Source of the DNA: Smithellaceae bacterium
Lineage (GTDB): Bacteria > Desulfobacterota > Syntrophia > Syntrophales > Smithellaceae
Assembly: GCA_963667845.2 (NCBI GenBank)
Contig: CAXXVL010000001.1
Span: forward strand, 544,001 to 608,000
Direction of reading: 5' to 3'
DNA: 64,000 nt
The notes under the pieces were generated by a model. It was not told the origin of the DNA, ran no database searches, and worked only from the letters and a program-made list of their open reading frames with translations. A program made the position numbers and the translations under genes. Below, in pieces: positions 1-9,789 of the stretch; positions within the stretch are counted from its first letter, which is position 1; the number at the start of each line of letters is the position of its first letter.

Positions 1-2044
1 GGTCTTGCGTTTTCGTCAACGTTCCCGTGGCATCATTGATGCTGAAGACCGAAAAAGAGTTGGCCTGCCCATTGGTCGTATAGGCGAATTTACCCGATGG
101 ATCAACCGCGACGCACCACGGCGCATAGTCGGCATGCGTGGCGGTTCCGGGCGTCAGTGCCCCGGTGGCTGAGTTGACCGAATAAGCAGTGACGTTATCG
201 CCCGACCCGCCGGACACATAGACAAACCGGCCGGTCGGATCAACGGTCACGGAGTCGGGTGAACCAACGGTCGTAGCGACCGATACCGCGACCAGGGTGC
301 CGTTAGCCTGATTGATCTCCAGGCACCGGATGATTGCCTCGTTGCCGATCACATAAACGAACCGGCCTGCCGGATCGATGGCGATATACCGCGGCTGAGC
401 TCCCGCCACAGTAGTCGCCTGCAGGGTCAAATTTCCGGTTATTTGATTAATCCTGAAAACAGAAATATCGTTGGATCCGTAGTTGACCACATACAGAAAC
501 CTGCCCGTCGCGTCAACGGCTGAGGCCGTGGGTTCGTTACCCGCGGCAATGGTTCCCAACGCGACCAGTGTCTGAAAATGCTGATAGTTGATGGTGAAAA
601 TCGAAATACTGTTCGAGCTCCGGTTCGTGACATAGGCAAAGCGCGCCGCCGGGTCCACGGCGATACTAAAAGGGGAGAACTGCGTAGGCACTGTGGCCTG
701 CAGCTGTATTTCGCCGCCGCCGTCGGGCAGAATAGTGAAAACCGTTACCGTCGCGTCATACGCATTCGTCACGTAAACATGCGTGCCGGACGGGTCAATA
801 GCCAGCTGACTCGGGTGGTCTCCGGCAAGAAACGGCGAGCCGGCGATTTCTGTGAGCCAGCCGTTTGCGGGATTAATGCTTAGAGCGGATACATAGCCTG
901 CGCCATGCACCGCGTAGGCGTATTTGGGTTCGAAGGCGACCGCAGCGCTGCCCGTCGTCATGGCAATCGAAGAACCGGCGCGTGACGGAATGATGCCCAC
1001 AGGCGTTAACGCGCCGGTGGTTTGATTAATGGTATACAGCGTGATGCTGTTGCCGGCAATGTTGGAGGCGTTCGAAGCATAAGCAAACTTGCCCGATGGA
1101 TCAACCTTGATGTGGATGGGGTTCATGCCGGATACGGCTCCCGTCCCCGCGGTGAGTGCGCCCGTGGTCTGATTGATGGTATAGGCGGAAACACCGTGGG
1201 AGCCCCAATTGGCGACATAGACGTACTTGCCGGTCGGGTCAACCGCGATGGATATGGGTGATATGCCTGCGGCAATCGATCCTGTCGCGGTGAGTGCTCC
1301 GGTGGTTTGATTGATGGTAAAGAAGGAAACATTATTGGAGCCCAAATTGGCCGAGTAAATGAATTTTCCGGACGGATCCATCGCGAGAAAGACCGGTTGT
1401 GTCCCTGCGGGAACCGCTGTGCCGGCGGTCAAAGCTCCGGTGGTTTGATTGATGGTATAGGCGGAAATATTGTTGGAGCCCTCATTGGCCACGTAGACAA
1501 ACTTCCCCGAAGGATCAACGATCACACACATCGGATTAGTACCGGCCGCTATGTCTGTTCCCGGGGTGAGGGCGCCGGTTGTCTGGTTGATGGCGTAGAC
1601 GGAGACGCTGTTGCCCGTGTAATTGGCAACATAGATAAACCGGCTCGTCGGATCAACGGCTAAAGAACGCGGGCCTGCGCCGGTTGCGGACGACGAACCG
1701 TAGCGCAAGGCGCCGGTCGCCGTATCGACGGTATAGATGTAAAGTCTGTCATTATTGAAGTTGGCGGAATAGGCAAATTTCCCCGAGGGGGTTACGACAA
1801 TCGAGATCGGGTAGACCTGGCTCGCCTGGCGGCCGATATACCGCCACTGGCCGGTTTGGGGATTGATCGCATAAATGGAAATCATGTTCTCCTGGTGGTT
1901 TGTGACATACGCAAATCGCGGGATACCGGATGAGCCTATCAGGGGATCAGATCCCCCGCCGCCGCAGCCGGACAAGCAGGAAATAAACATCACCGTAAAC
2001 GACACAAATAATACCGCCCGAACGAAAAAAAATTTCATTTTCAT
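1..2044 (-). CDS. Lactonase-family (YVTN-like) beta-propeller lipoprotein, 3' end beyond the window edge
   Basis: Absent from the ORF track (no stop in window). Translated by hand: RBS aaggag, MKMKFFFVRAVLF...LSG-C lipobox, then about 14 blades of ~45 aa (..AVDPSGKFVYVAN..NNISAYTINQTTGALT..). Confidence 0.9.
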   Translation of the reverse strand, partial: MKMKFFFVRAVLFVSFTVMFISCLSGCGGGGSDPLIGSSGIPRFAYVTNHQENMISIYAINPQTGQWRYIGRQASQVYPISIVVTPSGKFAYSANFNNDRLYIYTVDTATGALRYGSSSATGAGPRSLAVDPTSRFIYVANYTGNSVSVYAINQTTGALTPGTDIAAGTNPMCVIVDPSGKFVYVANEGSNNISAYTINQTTGALTAGTAVPAGTQPVFLAMDPSGKFIYSANLGSNNVSFFTINQTTGALTATGSIAAGISPISIAVDPTGKYVYVANWGSHGVSAYTINQTTGALTAGTGAVSGMNPIHIKVDPSGKFAYASNASNIAGNSITLYTINQTTGALTPVGIIPSRAGSSIAMTTGSAAVAFEPKYAYAVHGAGYVSALSINPANGWLTEIAGSPFLAGDHPSQLAIDPSGTHVYVTNAYDATVTVFTILPDGGGEIQLQATVPTQFSPFSIAVDPAARFAYVTNRSSNSISIFTINYQHFQTLVALGTIAAGNEPTASAVDATGRFLYVVNYGSNDISVFRINQITGNLTLQATTVAGAQPRYIAIDPAGRFVYVIGNEAIIRCLEINQANGTLVAVSVATTVGSPDSVTVDPTGRFVYVSGGSGDNVTAYSVNSATGALTPGTATHADYAPWCVAVDPSGKFAYTTNGQANSFSVFSINDATGTLTKTQD

Positions 2045-2198
2045 TGGGATCTCCTTTAAACACACCGGAAAAATTCTGTGGCTTGATGATGAAACGCGTT
2101 TGCTGGTAAGTTACCTTATTCGCGTCTGACGGAAACTGTCTTCGTTTCGATTTTACATCAGAGCAGGCAGAAAAGACAACCATTTTTCATTGCCGTGG

Positions 2199-2261
2199 TT
2201 CGCCAAGCGCCACAACGCTTCAGGCATGATTCGCTAAAGTCGCACACCGGTGCAACTGCAG
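2199..2261 (+). repeat. Dispersed repeat family R1, copy A
   Basis: ttcgccaagcgccacaacg..catgattcgctaaagtc..gtgcaactgc, also at 3931-3991 and 6648-6708 in the same orientation. Confidence 0.9.
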
Positions 2262-2374
2262 TTTTATGGAGATACTTAAATATTTGAGGGTGTCCCCCGT
2301 AGCTCCCCAATGGGGAATCGCTGGTTTGCACTATCCTCCCGCGAAGGATGGCGTCTTGATTATCTGCCAACTTT

Positions 2375-3418
2375 TTACACCTCTTCATACAATGCCCGCT
2401 GCTCCGGGGGCATATCTTTCAGCCATTTATTCGCTTCGCTTAGCGAAACTGCTTCGCATGATCCGTCGGAGTGCTGCACGACGACACCGCTTTGAATCAG
2501 CATTTTATGCCGTTGCTGACGTATCTTTTTATCAGGATGACAAATCAGTGTGCAATTGCCGCAGGTAAAACTAATTCGGTCACCCGGCATCAGAAAGTGA
2601 AAAAAGCCCCCTTCTTCGCGTGGTCTTTTCTGATATGCGTCCGCTGCCTTGATCACGGCAGGCAAGAACTCCTCATCCCGGTTGGGTATGGGAAACCGGG
2701 CCGGAGACCAGGTGGACCACTTGCCGGATTTATGCAGGCCGGAGAAACCGCCGCAGACATAGTCACAGCGGCTATGATTCCGATGCAGAGAATAAGAAAA
2801 ATCAATATCTCCAATACGGACTATCGTCTTTTTATCCGGATCCATATATTCTGAAGCACAAGAAGCAATACACAGTCGGCACTCATCGCAATAGTTGTCT
2901 TCCGGCAGCAAGGGCTTAGTGGGCAGCAAAGCTGCTGTTGATACCACCGATCCCAGGATAATTGCGGCACCATTTTCGTTTGTGATCACGTTGCCGGAAA
3001 GACCAAAATGACCGATTCCGGACCTCACTGCCAGATACCTGTGGGATTTGGGTGGCTTTTCGTCAAAAGGACCGTTCGGCGTATCGGTCCGATAGGCTAA
3101 ATTAGCCGTCTGCCCTAAAGACGGATGGCCTTTCTGAGTCAGATAACTGGCGATTTCGAAAGAGATGCCGCTGACCAGTGTATTGGTGCGAACATTGTCT
3201 ACTTCATGAGAGCGGCGATCCTTTTTTTGAAGATACGGTTCGATATAGGATTGATTCAGGGGGACTGCGAAACTGACCGCCGATTTTGCACCTGGTAGCA
3301 CATAAGACAGATCCACAGACGGTGGTCCGCCGGCCAGGGTTTCCGTGGTGGCAATCCCTACGGCGGTTGCCCCGAGACACTTCGCCAGTTCTTTAATCCT
3401 ACTGGTCAGCTGCTCCAT
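2375..3418 (-). CDS. QueG/reductive-dehalogenase-like Fe-S (probably cobalamin) oxidoreductase
   Basis: 347 aa; LGATAVGIA, AKSAVSFAVPL, SHRYLAVRSGIGHFGLSGN, CDECRLCIASC, CDYVC, CGNCTLIC; RBS aaggag; no Tat signal. Confidence 0.8.
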   Translation of the reverse strand: MEQLTSRIKELAKCLGATAVGIATTETLAGGPPSVDLSYVLPGAKSAVSFAVPLNQSYIEPYLQKKDRRSHEVDNVRTNTLVSGISFEIASYLTQKGHPSLGQTANLAYRTDTPNGPFDEKPPKSHRYLAVRSGIGHFGLSGNVITNENGAAIILGSVVSTAALLPTKPLLPEDNYCDECRLCIASCASEYMDPDKKTIVRIGDIDFSYSLHRNHSRCDYVCGGFSGLHKSGKWSTWSPARFPIPNRDEEFLPAVIKAADAYQKRPREEGGFFHFLMPGDRISFTCGNCTLICHPDKKIRQQRHKMLIQSGVVVQHSDGSCEAVSLSEANKWLKDMPPEQRALYEEV

Positions 3419-3574
3419 CTTTATTCTCCTTTAAAATAACATTTATTGTCAAAACTATATCAGAAAGCGTAAAAATAGAAAATTGGCGATATCAGCCGTA
3501 TTAACTCGGGAAAGGGTTGTCGCCTGCGGAAACATGGCAATGATTGTCGTCTGTGCGTGGTGAGTATTCGTCAC

Positions 3575-3620
3575 TTTGAATGGTTAATTGGAAGCTGAAA
3601 ACTTATATTTCAAGACCTGA
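3575..3620 (+). repeat. Repeat family R2 (…tttcaagacctga terminus-like)
   Basis: 44/46 identical to 6721-6766; inverted, more diverged copy at 9661-9709. Confidence 0.85.
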
Positions 3621-3741
3621 TTTACTATGAACCAATTTGTCATTGCGAGCGGACCCTCGGGACGCGTGGCAATCTTGCATTCTAAAAAGTGGCAGTTACA
3701 CCAGGGCGAGCCTTCGCTCAATGCCCTCGACTGTGGCGCTA

Positions 3742-3863
3742 ATTCCATTCCATATCAAGCGCTGCCTTTGTTGTCTGCGTCCTTGGCTTCCTCAGCGTAT
3801 TGCCAATACGCTTCCGGTTCCTCCTCCTTGCCGCCGCGGCATCATCCTGATCTGGAATGGAAT
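3742..3863. mobile_element. MITE-like element (~122 bp) with 16-bp terminal inverted repeats
   Basis: attccattccatatca (3742-3757) and tgatctggaatggaat (3848-3863) match 15/16; internal hairpin agcgtattg-c-caatacgct. Confidence 0.65.
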
Positions 3864-3991
3864 ACGGCTTGCTACGCGATAGCCAAAAACTCGCCTGCGG
3901 CTCAAACAGTTTGGCTGTCATATGCTTCATTTCGCCAAGCGCCACAACGTTTCAGTCATGATTCGCTAAAGTCACATCCCGGTGCAGCTGC
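3850..3991 (+). repeat. Repeat R1, long copy B
   Basis: About 142 bp, ~90% identical by manual alignment to 6567-6708. Confidence 0.9.
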
Positions 3992-4239
3992 GAATAAATT
4001 TCATATCTGATTAAATAATATTGGATTGATATATTGAAGTACGTCGCTTTTAGAAACTTAGAATTCTTGGGGCGTCCCCTCGGGTTCCATATCACCTCAC
4101 TCTCCTCTCTAGAAAAACGTTGTCTCTATTAGCACTTCATGTATAATTCACTCACAACTTACACTAAACAATAGTCGAAGAACATCTGTTTTGCGGCTGT
4201 TCAAATACCCTGCAAGCCTCAGTTACAGGAGAGGTGCGA

Positions 4240-4480
4240 ATGCGAAAAGACATTGAGGAACTGATTAAAAGCAATAGCACCTGTGTTCCAGCCGCTTTAT
4301 CAGGGATAGCGCCGTTGCTCTCTTATGTCCTATGACCCTTCGGACGATTGCCGGGAAATCTGCCGGCCCCGCGTGCACGAATTTATGAATCAGAATGAAG
4401 TAGAAAACATGTTGGTCAAGGCAAAGGCTTTACAGCTGCAAAACGGCATCACGGAAGCCTATTGCGAAATGGTAACCTGA
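4240..4480 (+). pseudogene. Degraded pyridoxamine-5'-phosphate oxidase-family gene
   Basis: RBS ggagaggt; MRKDIEELIKSNSTCVPA.. / frameshift / CSLMSYDPSDDCREI / deletion / HEFMNQNEVENMLVKAKALQLQNGITEAYCEMVT*; resembles the family N- and C-termini. Confidence 0.65.
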
Positions 4481-4504
4481 GAACTTTCAACAAAAATCAG
4501 CAGG

Positions 4505-5461
4505 ATGGTCGCTATGGAAAAAATTCGCCTTGGCATCAGTGCCTGTCTTTTGGGACACAACGTCCGTTGGAACGGCGGACACGCTTTAGACCGTTTTCTT
4601 GCCTGCACACTGGGAAGTTACGTGGAATATGTACCCGTCTGCCCCGAAATGGAATGTGGCTTCGGCGTTCCCCGCGACACCTTGCGTCTGACCGGCGACC
4701 CGGAGCGCCCACGCCTGATGGTAACACGCAGCGGCATCGACCAGACGGAAAAGATGGAAGCCTGGGCATACAAGCGAGTTTTCGAGCTGGAGAAGGAGAA
4801 TCTCTGCGGTTTCGTCTTTAAGAGCGATTCGCCGTCGAGCGGCATGGAGCGTGTTAAGGTCTATGACGACAAAGGAATCCCCCGGAAGATCGGAGTGGGC
4901 ATCTTCGCCCGCATCTTCATGGAGCATTTTCCCCTGATGCCGGTGGAAGAGGAAGGCCGTCTTCACGATCCCGTCCTGCGGGAAAACTTTATAGAAACCA
5001 TCTTTATGTGCCGGCGTTATCGCAAGATCATGGATGAAAAAAACCGTGCCGCGGGTCTCGTCGATTTCCATACCCGTAACAAATTGCTGCTGATGGCGCA
5101 CAGCCCGACAATACTCAAGAAGATGGGCAGCCTGGTGGCCGGCTCCGGAAAGCTCACCACCAGTGCTCTCGTTGATCAATATGAAAAACTTCTGTCAGAA
5201 GCGATGGCGCTGAAACCGACACCGGCTAAACACACCAACGTCCTGCATCATATTGTTGGCTATTTCAAGAAACAGCTGTCGGCTGACGAAAAGCAGGAGC
5301 TTCTGGAAGTCATCGACAATTACAGGACCGGCACGATCCCGCTGATCGTCCCGGTTACCCTGCTTGCCCATTATGTGCGCAAATTCAACCAACCCTATCT
5401 GCGCGAGCAGACTTATCTGCAGCCACACCCGGCGGAGCTGATGCTGCGCAACCACGTATGA
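4505..5461 (+). CDS. DUF523 (TudS thiouracil desulfidase domain)-DUF1722 fusion, YbgA family
   Basis: IRLGISACLLG.NVRWNGGH, VCPEMECG.GVPR, KSDSPSSG, EEEGRL, YL.PHP.EL.LRNHV; start may be 4514. Confidence 0.92.
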   Translation: MVAMEKIRLGISACLLGHNVRWNGGHALDRFLACTLGSYVEYVPVCPEMECGFGVPRDTLRLTGDPERPRLMVTRSGIDQTEKMEAWAYKRVFELEKENLCGFVFKSDSPSSGMERVKVYDDKGIPRKIGVGIFARIFMEHFPLMPVEEEGRLHDPVLRENFIETIFMCRRYRKIMDEKNRAAGLVDFHTRNKLLLMAHSPTILKKMGSLVAGSGKLTTSALVDQYEKLLSEAMALKPTPAKHTNVLHHIVGYFKKQLSADEKQELLEVIDNYRTGTIPLIVPVTLLAHYVRKFNQPYLREQTYLQPHPAELMLRNHV

Positions 5462-5517
5462 TGTGACGCTGTTTTTATTAAAAGACTTTAATTCGATCAA
5501 AGAAGGAGGCAATTGCG

Positions 5518-6426
5518 ATGAAGGTGTTCATGACAGGAGGGACAGGTTTTGTCGGATCATATCTTGCCGGATTTCTGATCAATAAGGGACACGTTGTCAC
5601 CATACTCACATCACTTCTGGAGAGTCCGGCCGCGCAGATTGCCGGAGTCAGTTATCTGCCCGGCAATCCGACTAAGCCGGGAGACTGGCAAGATGCCGTG
5701 GGTGAGCACGATGTTCTCATCAATCTGGCGGGCGCTTCGATTTTCAGCCGCTGGACTCCAAACCAAAAACAAATCATGCTGGAAAGCCGGATAGAAACCA
5801 CCCGCAATCTGGTGAACGCGATTGGAAAGGATAAAGCAAATAAGATGACTTTATTCAGCACATCCGCCGTGGGCTACTACGGATTTCACGAAGATGATAT
5901 TTTGACTGAATCTTCGCCGCCGGGGAATGACTTTCTGGCGAGACTCGCCGTCGAATGGGAAAAAGAGGCGCTGCTGGCGGCAGCCAAAGGCGTCCGGGTG
6001 GTAATTACCCGCTTCGGCATTGTCCTGGGCAAAAATGGCGGCGCACTTGGTCAGATGATTCCCCTGTTCAAATATTTTCTCGGAGGACCACTGGGCAGCG
6101 GAAGGCAGTGGTTTTCCTGGGTGCATATTCATGATCTGGCGGCCGCGTTTATTTTCCTGCTTGATCACCCGGAAATGTCCGGGGCAGTAAATCTTTGTTC
6201 GCCAAACCCTGTCCGCAACAAGGATCTGGCCCGGGCTATCGGTCAGTTGCTCCATCGCCCGTCAATTATGCCCGCTCCCGGTTTCATGATCCGGCTTATC
6301 CTCGGTGAATTCGGTGATGTTCTCCTCAAAGGACAGCGCGTCATTCCGCGCCGCCTGATCGACGCCGGTTTTGAATTTGAATATCCGCTGATTGAGGATG
6401 GACTAAGGAATGTCATTGCGGGCTAA
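5518..6426 (+). CDS. TIGR01777/YfcH-family NAD-dependent epimerase-like oxidoreductase
   Basis: TGGTGFVG, INLAGA, SAVGYYG, GGPLGSGRQWFSWVHI, GQRVIP. Confidence 0.93.
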   Translation: MKVFMTGGTGFVGSYLAGFLINKGHVVTILTSLLESPAAQIAGVSYLPGNPTKPGDWQDAVGEHDVLINLAGASIFSRWTPNQKQIMLESRIETTRNLVNAIGKDKANKMTLFSTSAVGYYGFHEDDILTESSPPGNDFLARLAVEWEKEALLAAAKGVRVVITRFGIVLGKNGGALGQMIPLFKYFLGGPLGSGRQWFSWVHIHDLAAAFIFLLDHPEMSGAVNLCSPNPVRNKDLARAIGQLLHRPSIMPAPGFMIRLILGEFGDVLLKGQRVIPRRLIDAGFEFEYPLIEDGLRNVIAG

Positions 6427-6566
6427 TGATTAATATTGCATCGCCAAATCAGTGGTAATCGAGGCAGCGTTGGCGGTATTTCGAGGGACACGACACTTCA
6501 TTACGCATTTTTCTCTTTTTGGGTCCGGGCTTTTGTTTCTGTAACGCACGGCCAGTTAGCTTTTCA

Positions 6567-6766
6567 ATCTGGAATGGAATACGGCTTATTACGCTGCAGC
6601 CGAAAACTCGCCTGCGGCTCAGACAGTTTGGCTGTCTTATGCTCCATTTCGCTGAGCGCCACAACGTTTCAGTCATGATTCGCTAAAGTCACACCCCGCT
6701 GCAACTGCAGGTTTCTTTGCTTTGAATGGTTAATTTGAAACTGAAAACTTATATTTCAAGACCTGA
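6567..6766 (+). repeat. Composite repeat: R1 copy C (6567-6708) followed by R2 (6721-6766)
   Basis: Direct matches to 3850-3991 and 3575-3620. Confidence 0.9.
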
Positions 6767-6855
6767 ACCTATTTATGTTTATGGTGCAATTCGCGGCGTC
6801 AAGAGGTTTCAACTTATCCGGAAGTTGATAGGATCGCAGCATCCCTCTATTTCAC

Positions 6856-9621
6856 TTAAAGTACTTCTCTAGTGAATTCCCAATATCTATATAGTCCATT
6901 TGCATATCTTAAAGCAGAAGATGATTTCCATTGACGATCGAATTCCTGGGATATTAGCTCTCCGATTTTCAACCTTGAAAGGTTAGGATCTTTTTCTAAT
7001 ATTTTATTTAACAGTTGTATTGATGTCGAATTTAGTGTTGCGGATTTAACAATATCTTTAGGCATTATTTGATTATTTAGAGATGGATTAATGGTTAATC
7101 TATCTCTATCCCATTGTGCTAATTCAAGAGCCGTCAAATCTTGAGCAGCATTTCTGAGACTATGTGCCATAACATGACTCCTATTAACAATCTTTTCATC
7201 GCAGAGTTTAATGAACAGACTAATTGTTGCCTCAGGTGGTGCGGCCCCCACAAAGTAAGATTTTTTGATTTTAGATCTACTGAATTTAGCTATGCCATAA
7301 GTTGAGCTTTTCTCTTTTAATGGATAGATAATAAACTCGTGTCCTTTTGGTTCAATAAGTCCAGAATATTCAAACCACGGTATTAGACGATTAAAATATT
7401 TATCTCTAGTTTTAGGTTTAAGATTAATACCTGAGTATATACTACGCACAACTTCAACACCTTCATTTCTCGATATAATCTTCTTTTCATTGCTGTTTGA
7501 AATTAATCTTCGGTATACTATGTGATCTGCAAACTGTGATCGAATTCTTTCTGGTAATGTTTTAAATGTGAGATCATTTGCAATAATGTAATTGCCTGCG
7601 GAATCTTTTTGACATGCAACTAAGCTCATTAAGTCTGTAACTATGTTGAATGTTGTCGCTTCGGAATATCGAACAAGTTCTGATAATTTTTGAATAGAGG
7701 CATTCTCATTCTTAAATAACACTGCAAGTGCACTTAGAGACATCTTTAAGGTTGAATTGGGAATGTATGCCCATGGTATAGCAGGAACAACACCTTCATT
7801 TAAATAATCACGAAATATATCCCAATAGACAGAAAAACGTTGACCCGTTCGAACTATGATTCGTTTATTTAATAACGATGAAACCACTTCATCATTATAC
7901 CTCTCATAGACTTCCAAGGAATCAGCAGGCGAATTTTTAGCTATATATTTCAAACACGATATTTGTGTCTCCGATAATGGATCCAAATCTTCATTGAAAA
8001 GCGATTGAATGTTAAGTCGACTCCCGAGAAGTTCTAATTGAGAAGTTCCGCTTTGTATTTGATTGTAAACATGAATGCATAGTTTCTTTAGAAGCCACGG
8101 CAGGCCTTGGCTTTGTTCTAAAAGCCTTCTTCTTAGAGGTTGAACTAATCTATTTTTAAGCAACTTTTCAAATTGGGATATTACTTTTGATGATTCTGAA
8201 TTGTCAAAGGCAGAGAGTTTCTTTGTAAGCCTATAATCATTTAACTCCTGCCAAAGCTGATAAGCGGGGTTGTCGTCGGATAGAGATATCCCGGTTCGCC
8301 AAGAAAATCCTACAACCAAATTTGATTGTTCGGAGTTGATATCAAGAGCAAATCTTTTAAATATACGAAAAATTGGTAAAAGTTCATCTTTAGTAAAAAC
8401 TTCTTCAAACTGATCGAAAAATAGCACCAAGACTTTTTTGTTCTCACGAAGATAGCTCTGTACTAATTTAATCGTAGGACTTGACAGAATACTATTGGCA
8501 TCTGAAATAAAAGGCTCTTCATCTATATCAATAAATTTTTCATCTTTTGCTGCTTTTACTGCTTGCAGAAGAGCTTCCGCGACGAACATAGGACCTCTTG
8601 CTGACCTGACGTCAACAGGGAAAAGGAATAATTTATTTTTCCATTTGATGTTCTTGAATCGTTCTGATAGTTTCGCAACCAAAGAGGATTTACCAAGGCC
8701 CGAGCCCCCTGTAATAGAAATTAGTCTTGTCTTTGTTCTACATTCTCGAACGCCTTCGAGAAAATCCCATAATTCTTTTTGTAGCCCGAGCCTACCAACA
8801 AAATCTTCAGGACGACACGGACGATAATCAAGAAGTGCATCCGCTGTAACAATTTTGCTCACAAATTCTTGGGATGTGGGCCCGTTGTCTGCAATTTTCT
8901 GAGTAGATTGATTTCTCGCACCTAAATAGTCGGTTATAGGAAGTCCCTCTAATAACTCAAATGAATCTAAAAGAGAACGTATACGTTCTAGTTCTGGAAT
9001 TTCACCCTTTCTTGATATGGTGAAAAGTAACAGACGATAAGGTTTTCCGTCTTTTTGATCTTGGAACAACCAGATAAAAGGAATTTCTGGGTGGATAATT
9101 AGATTTGCATGTGACACTGTAACAGGAATTTCATTTACTGAAGGAAATTCTGATGTTTTTGAGTCAATGATAGCTTCAATTATTTGTGCTGGACCGTAAT
9201 AAGAGAAGCTTATTCTCTCATCATTCTTTAATTCTTCTATGGCGCCCTTCGCATCTTTGCCTAGCGGACCAATCGAAAATAAAGCAACTTTTTGGATTTT
9301 TTTTCGAAAAGCTTGACCAACGCAAATATCAATGACATTAGCGCTCAATGGTTTCGAATGAAATTTGCATTCTACATAGATTTGATCACCTGAAGGTTTA
9401 TGTGTGGCAAGAAGATCGATTTCCATACCAGTAAATCGAATTCGCTCAATAACACTGTATGACTGTCGTTGAAGTATCTGCGAAGCTAATCCTTCAAGAT
9501 ACTTCCCTTTGGCATCATTTTCCCACGATTTAGGTATTAGAACCGAAATTGATTTTTCCAAAAGTGTTGTTCTCATCATTTTAATTTCCTGAAAAATCAT
9601 TGGGGGTAAATTAAAAGACAT
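6856..9621 (-). CDS. Mrr-like PD-(D/E)xK nuclease fused to STAND-type NTPase; candidate defence protein
   Basis: 921 aa; KGKYLE...EIDLLA...IYVECKF nuclease motif, FVGR, Walker A GGSGLGKS, Walker B VLFFDQFEE, GLPWLL (GxP); AT-rich; alternative start 9579. Confidence 0.85.
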   Translation of the reverse strand: MSFNLPPMIFQEIKMMRTTLLEKSISVLIPKSWENDAKGKYLEGLASQILQRQSYSVIERIRFTGMEIDLLATHKPSGDQIYVECKFHSKPLSANVIDICVGQAFRKKIQKVALFSIGPLGKDAKGAIEELKNDERISFSYYGPAQIIEAIIDSKTSEFPSVNEIPVTVSHANLIIHPEIPFIWLFQDQKDGKPYRLLLFTISRKGEIPELERIRSLLDSFELLEGLPITDYLGARNQSTQKIADNGPTSQEFVSKIVTADALLDYRPCRPEDFVGRLGLQKELWDFLEGVRECRTKTRLISITGGSGLGKSSLVAKLSERFKNIKWKNKLFLFPVDVRSARGPMFVAEALLQAVKAAKDEKFIDIDEEPFISDANSILSSPTIKLVQSYLRENKKVLVLFFDQFEEVFTKDELLPIFRIFKRFALDINSEQSNLVVGFSWRTGISLSDDNPAYQLWQELNDYRLTKKLSAFDNSESSKVISQFEKLLKNRLVQPLRRRLLEQSQGLPWLLKKLCIHVYNQIQSGTSQLELLGSRLNIQSLFNEDLDPLSETQISCLKYIAKNSPADSLEVYERYNDEVVSSLLNKRIIVRTGQRFSVYWDIFRDYLNEGVVPAIPWAYIPNSTLKMSLSALAVLFKNENASIQKLSELVRYSEATTFNIVTDLMSLVACQKDSAGNYIIANDLTFKTLPERIRSQFADHIVYRRLISNSNEKKIISRNEGVEVVRSIYSGINLKPKTRDKYFNRLIPWFEYSGLIEPKGHEFIIYPLKEKSSTYGIAKFSRSKIKKSYFVGAAPPEATISLFIKLCDEKIVNRSHVMAHSLRNAAQDLTALELAQWDRDRLTINPSLNNQIMPKDIVKSATLNSTSIQLLNKILEKDPNLSRLKIGELISQEFDRQWKSSSALRYANGLYRYWEFTREVL

Positions 9622-9660
9622 AAATGGGGCATTGGGAATATCATTAAGTCTTTGTAACTA

Positions 9661-9709
9661 GGGTCAGGTCTTGAAAAATCAGTTTTCAGCCTCCATTAAT
9701 GATTTGAAA
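9661..9709 (-). repeat. R2 inverted copy
   Basis: gggtcaggtcttgaaaaatcagttttcagc; its reverse complement matches 6740-6769 and 3594-3620. Confidence 0.85.
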
Positions 9710-9789
9710 TTATATAGTGATGCGTGATGAAGAATACTACTTCTCAGATATAATGCAAGATTAAACATGTAGTTGCTGGTTGGAAAGAG

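Noticed and set aside
1000..1620. Regularly spaced ccggtggtttgattgatggta repeats suggesting CRISPR
   Set aside because: About 135-bp period, in frame, encoding propeller blades; no cas genes
439..2183. Several short ORFs with repetitive text (e.g. MIDGKEGNIIGA…)
   Set aside because: Alternative frames of the beta-propeller gene
2199..6708. R1 as integron attC sites
   Set aside because: No clear RYYYAAC/GTTRRRY pair, mixed gene orientation and no integrase; kept only as an unexplained repeat
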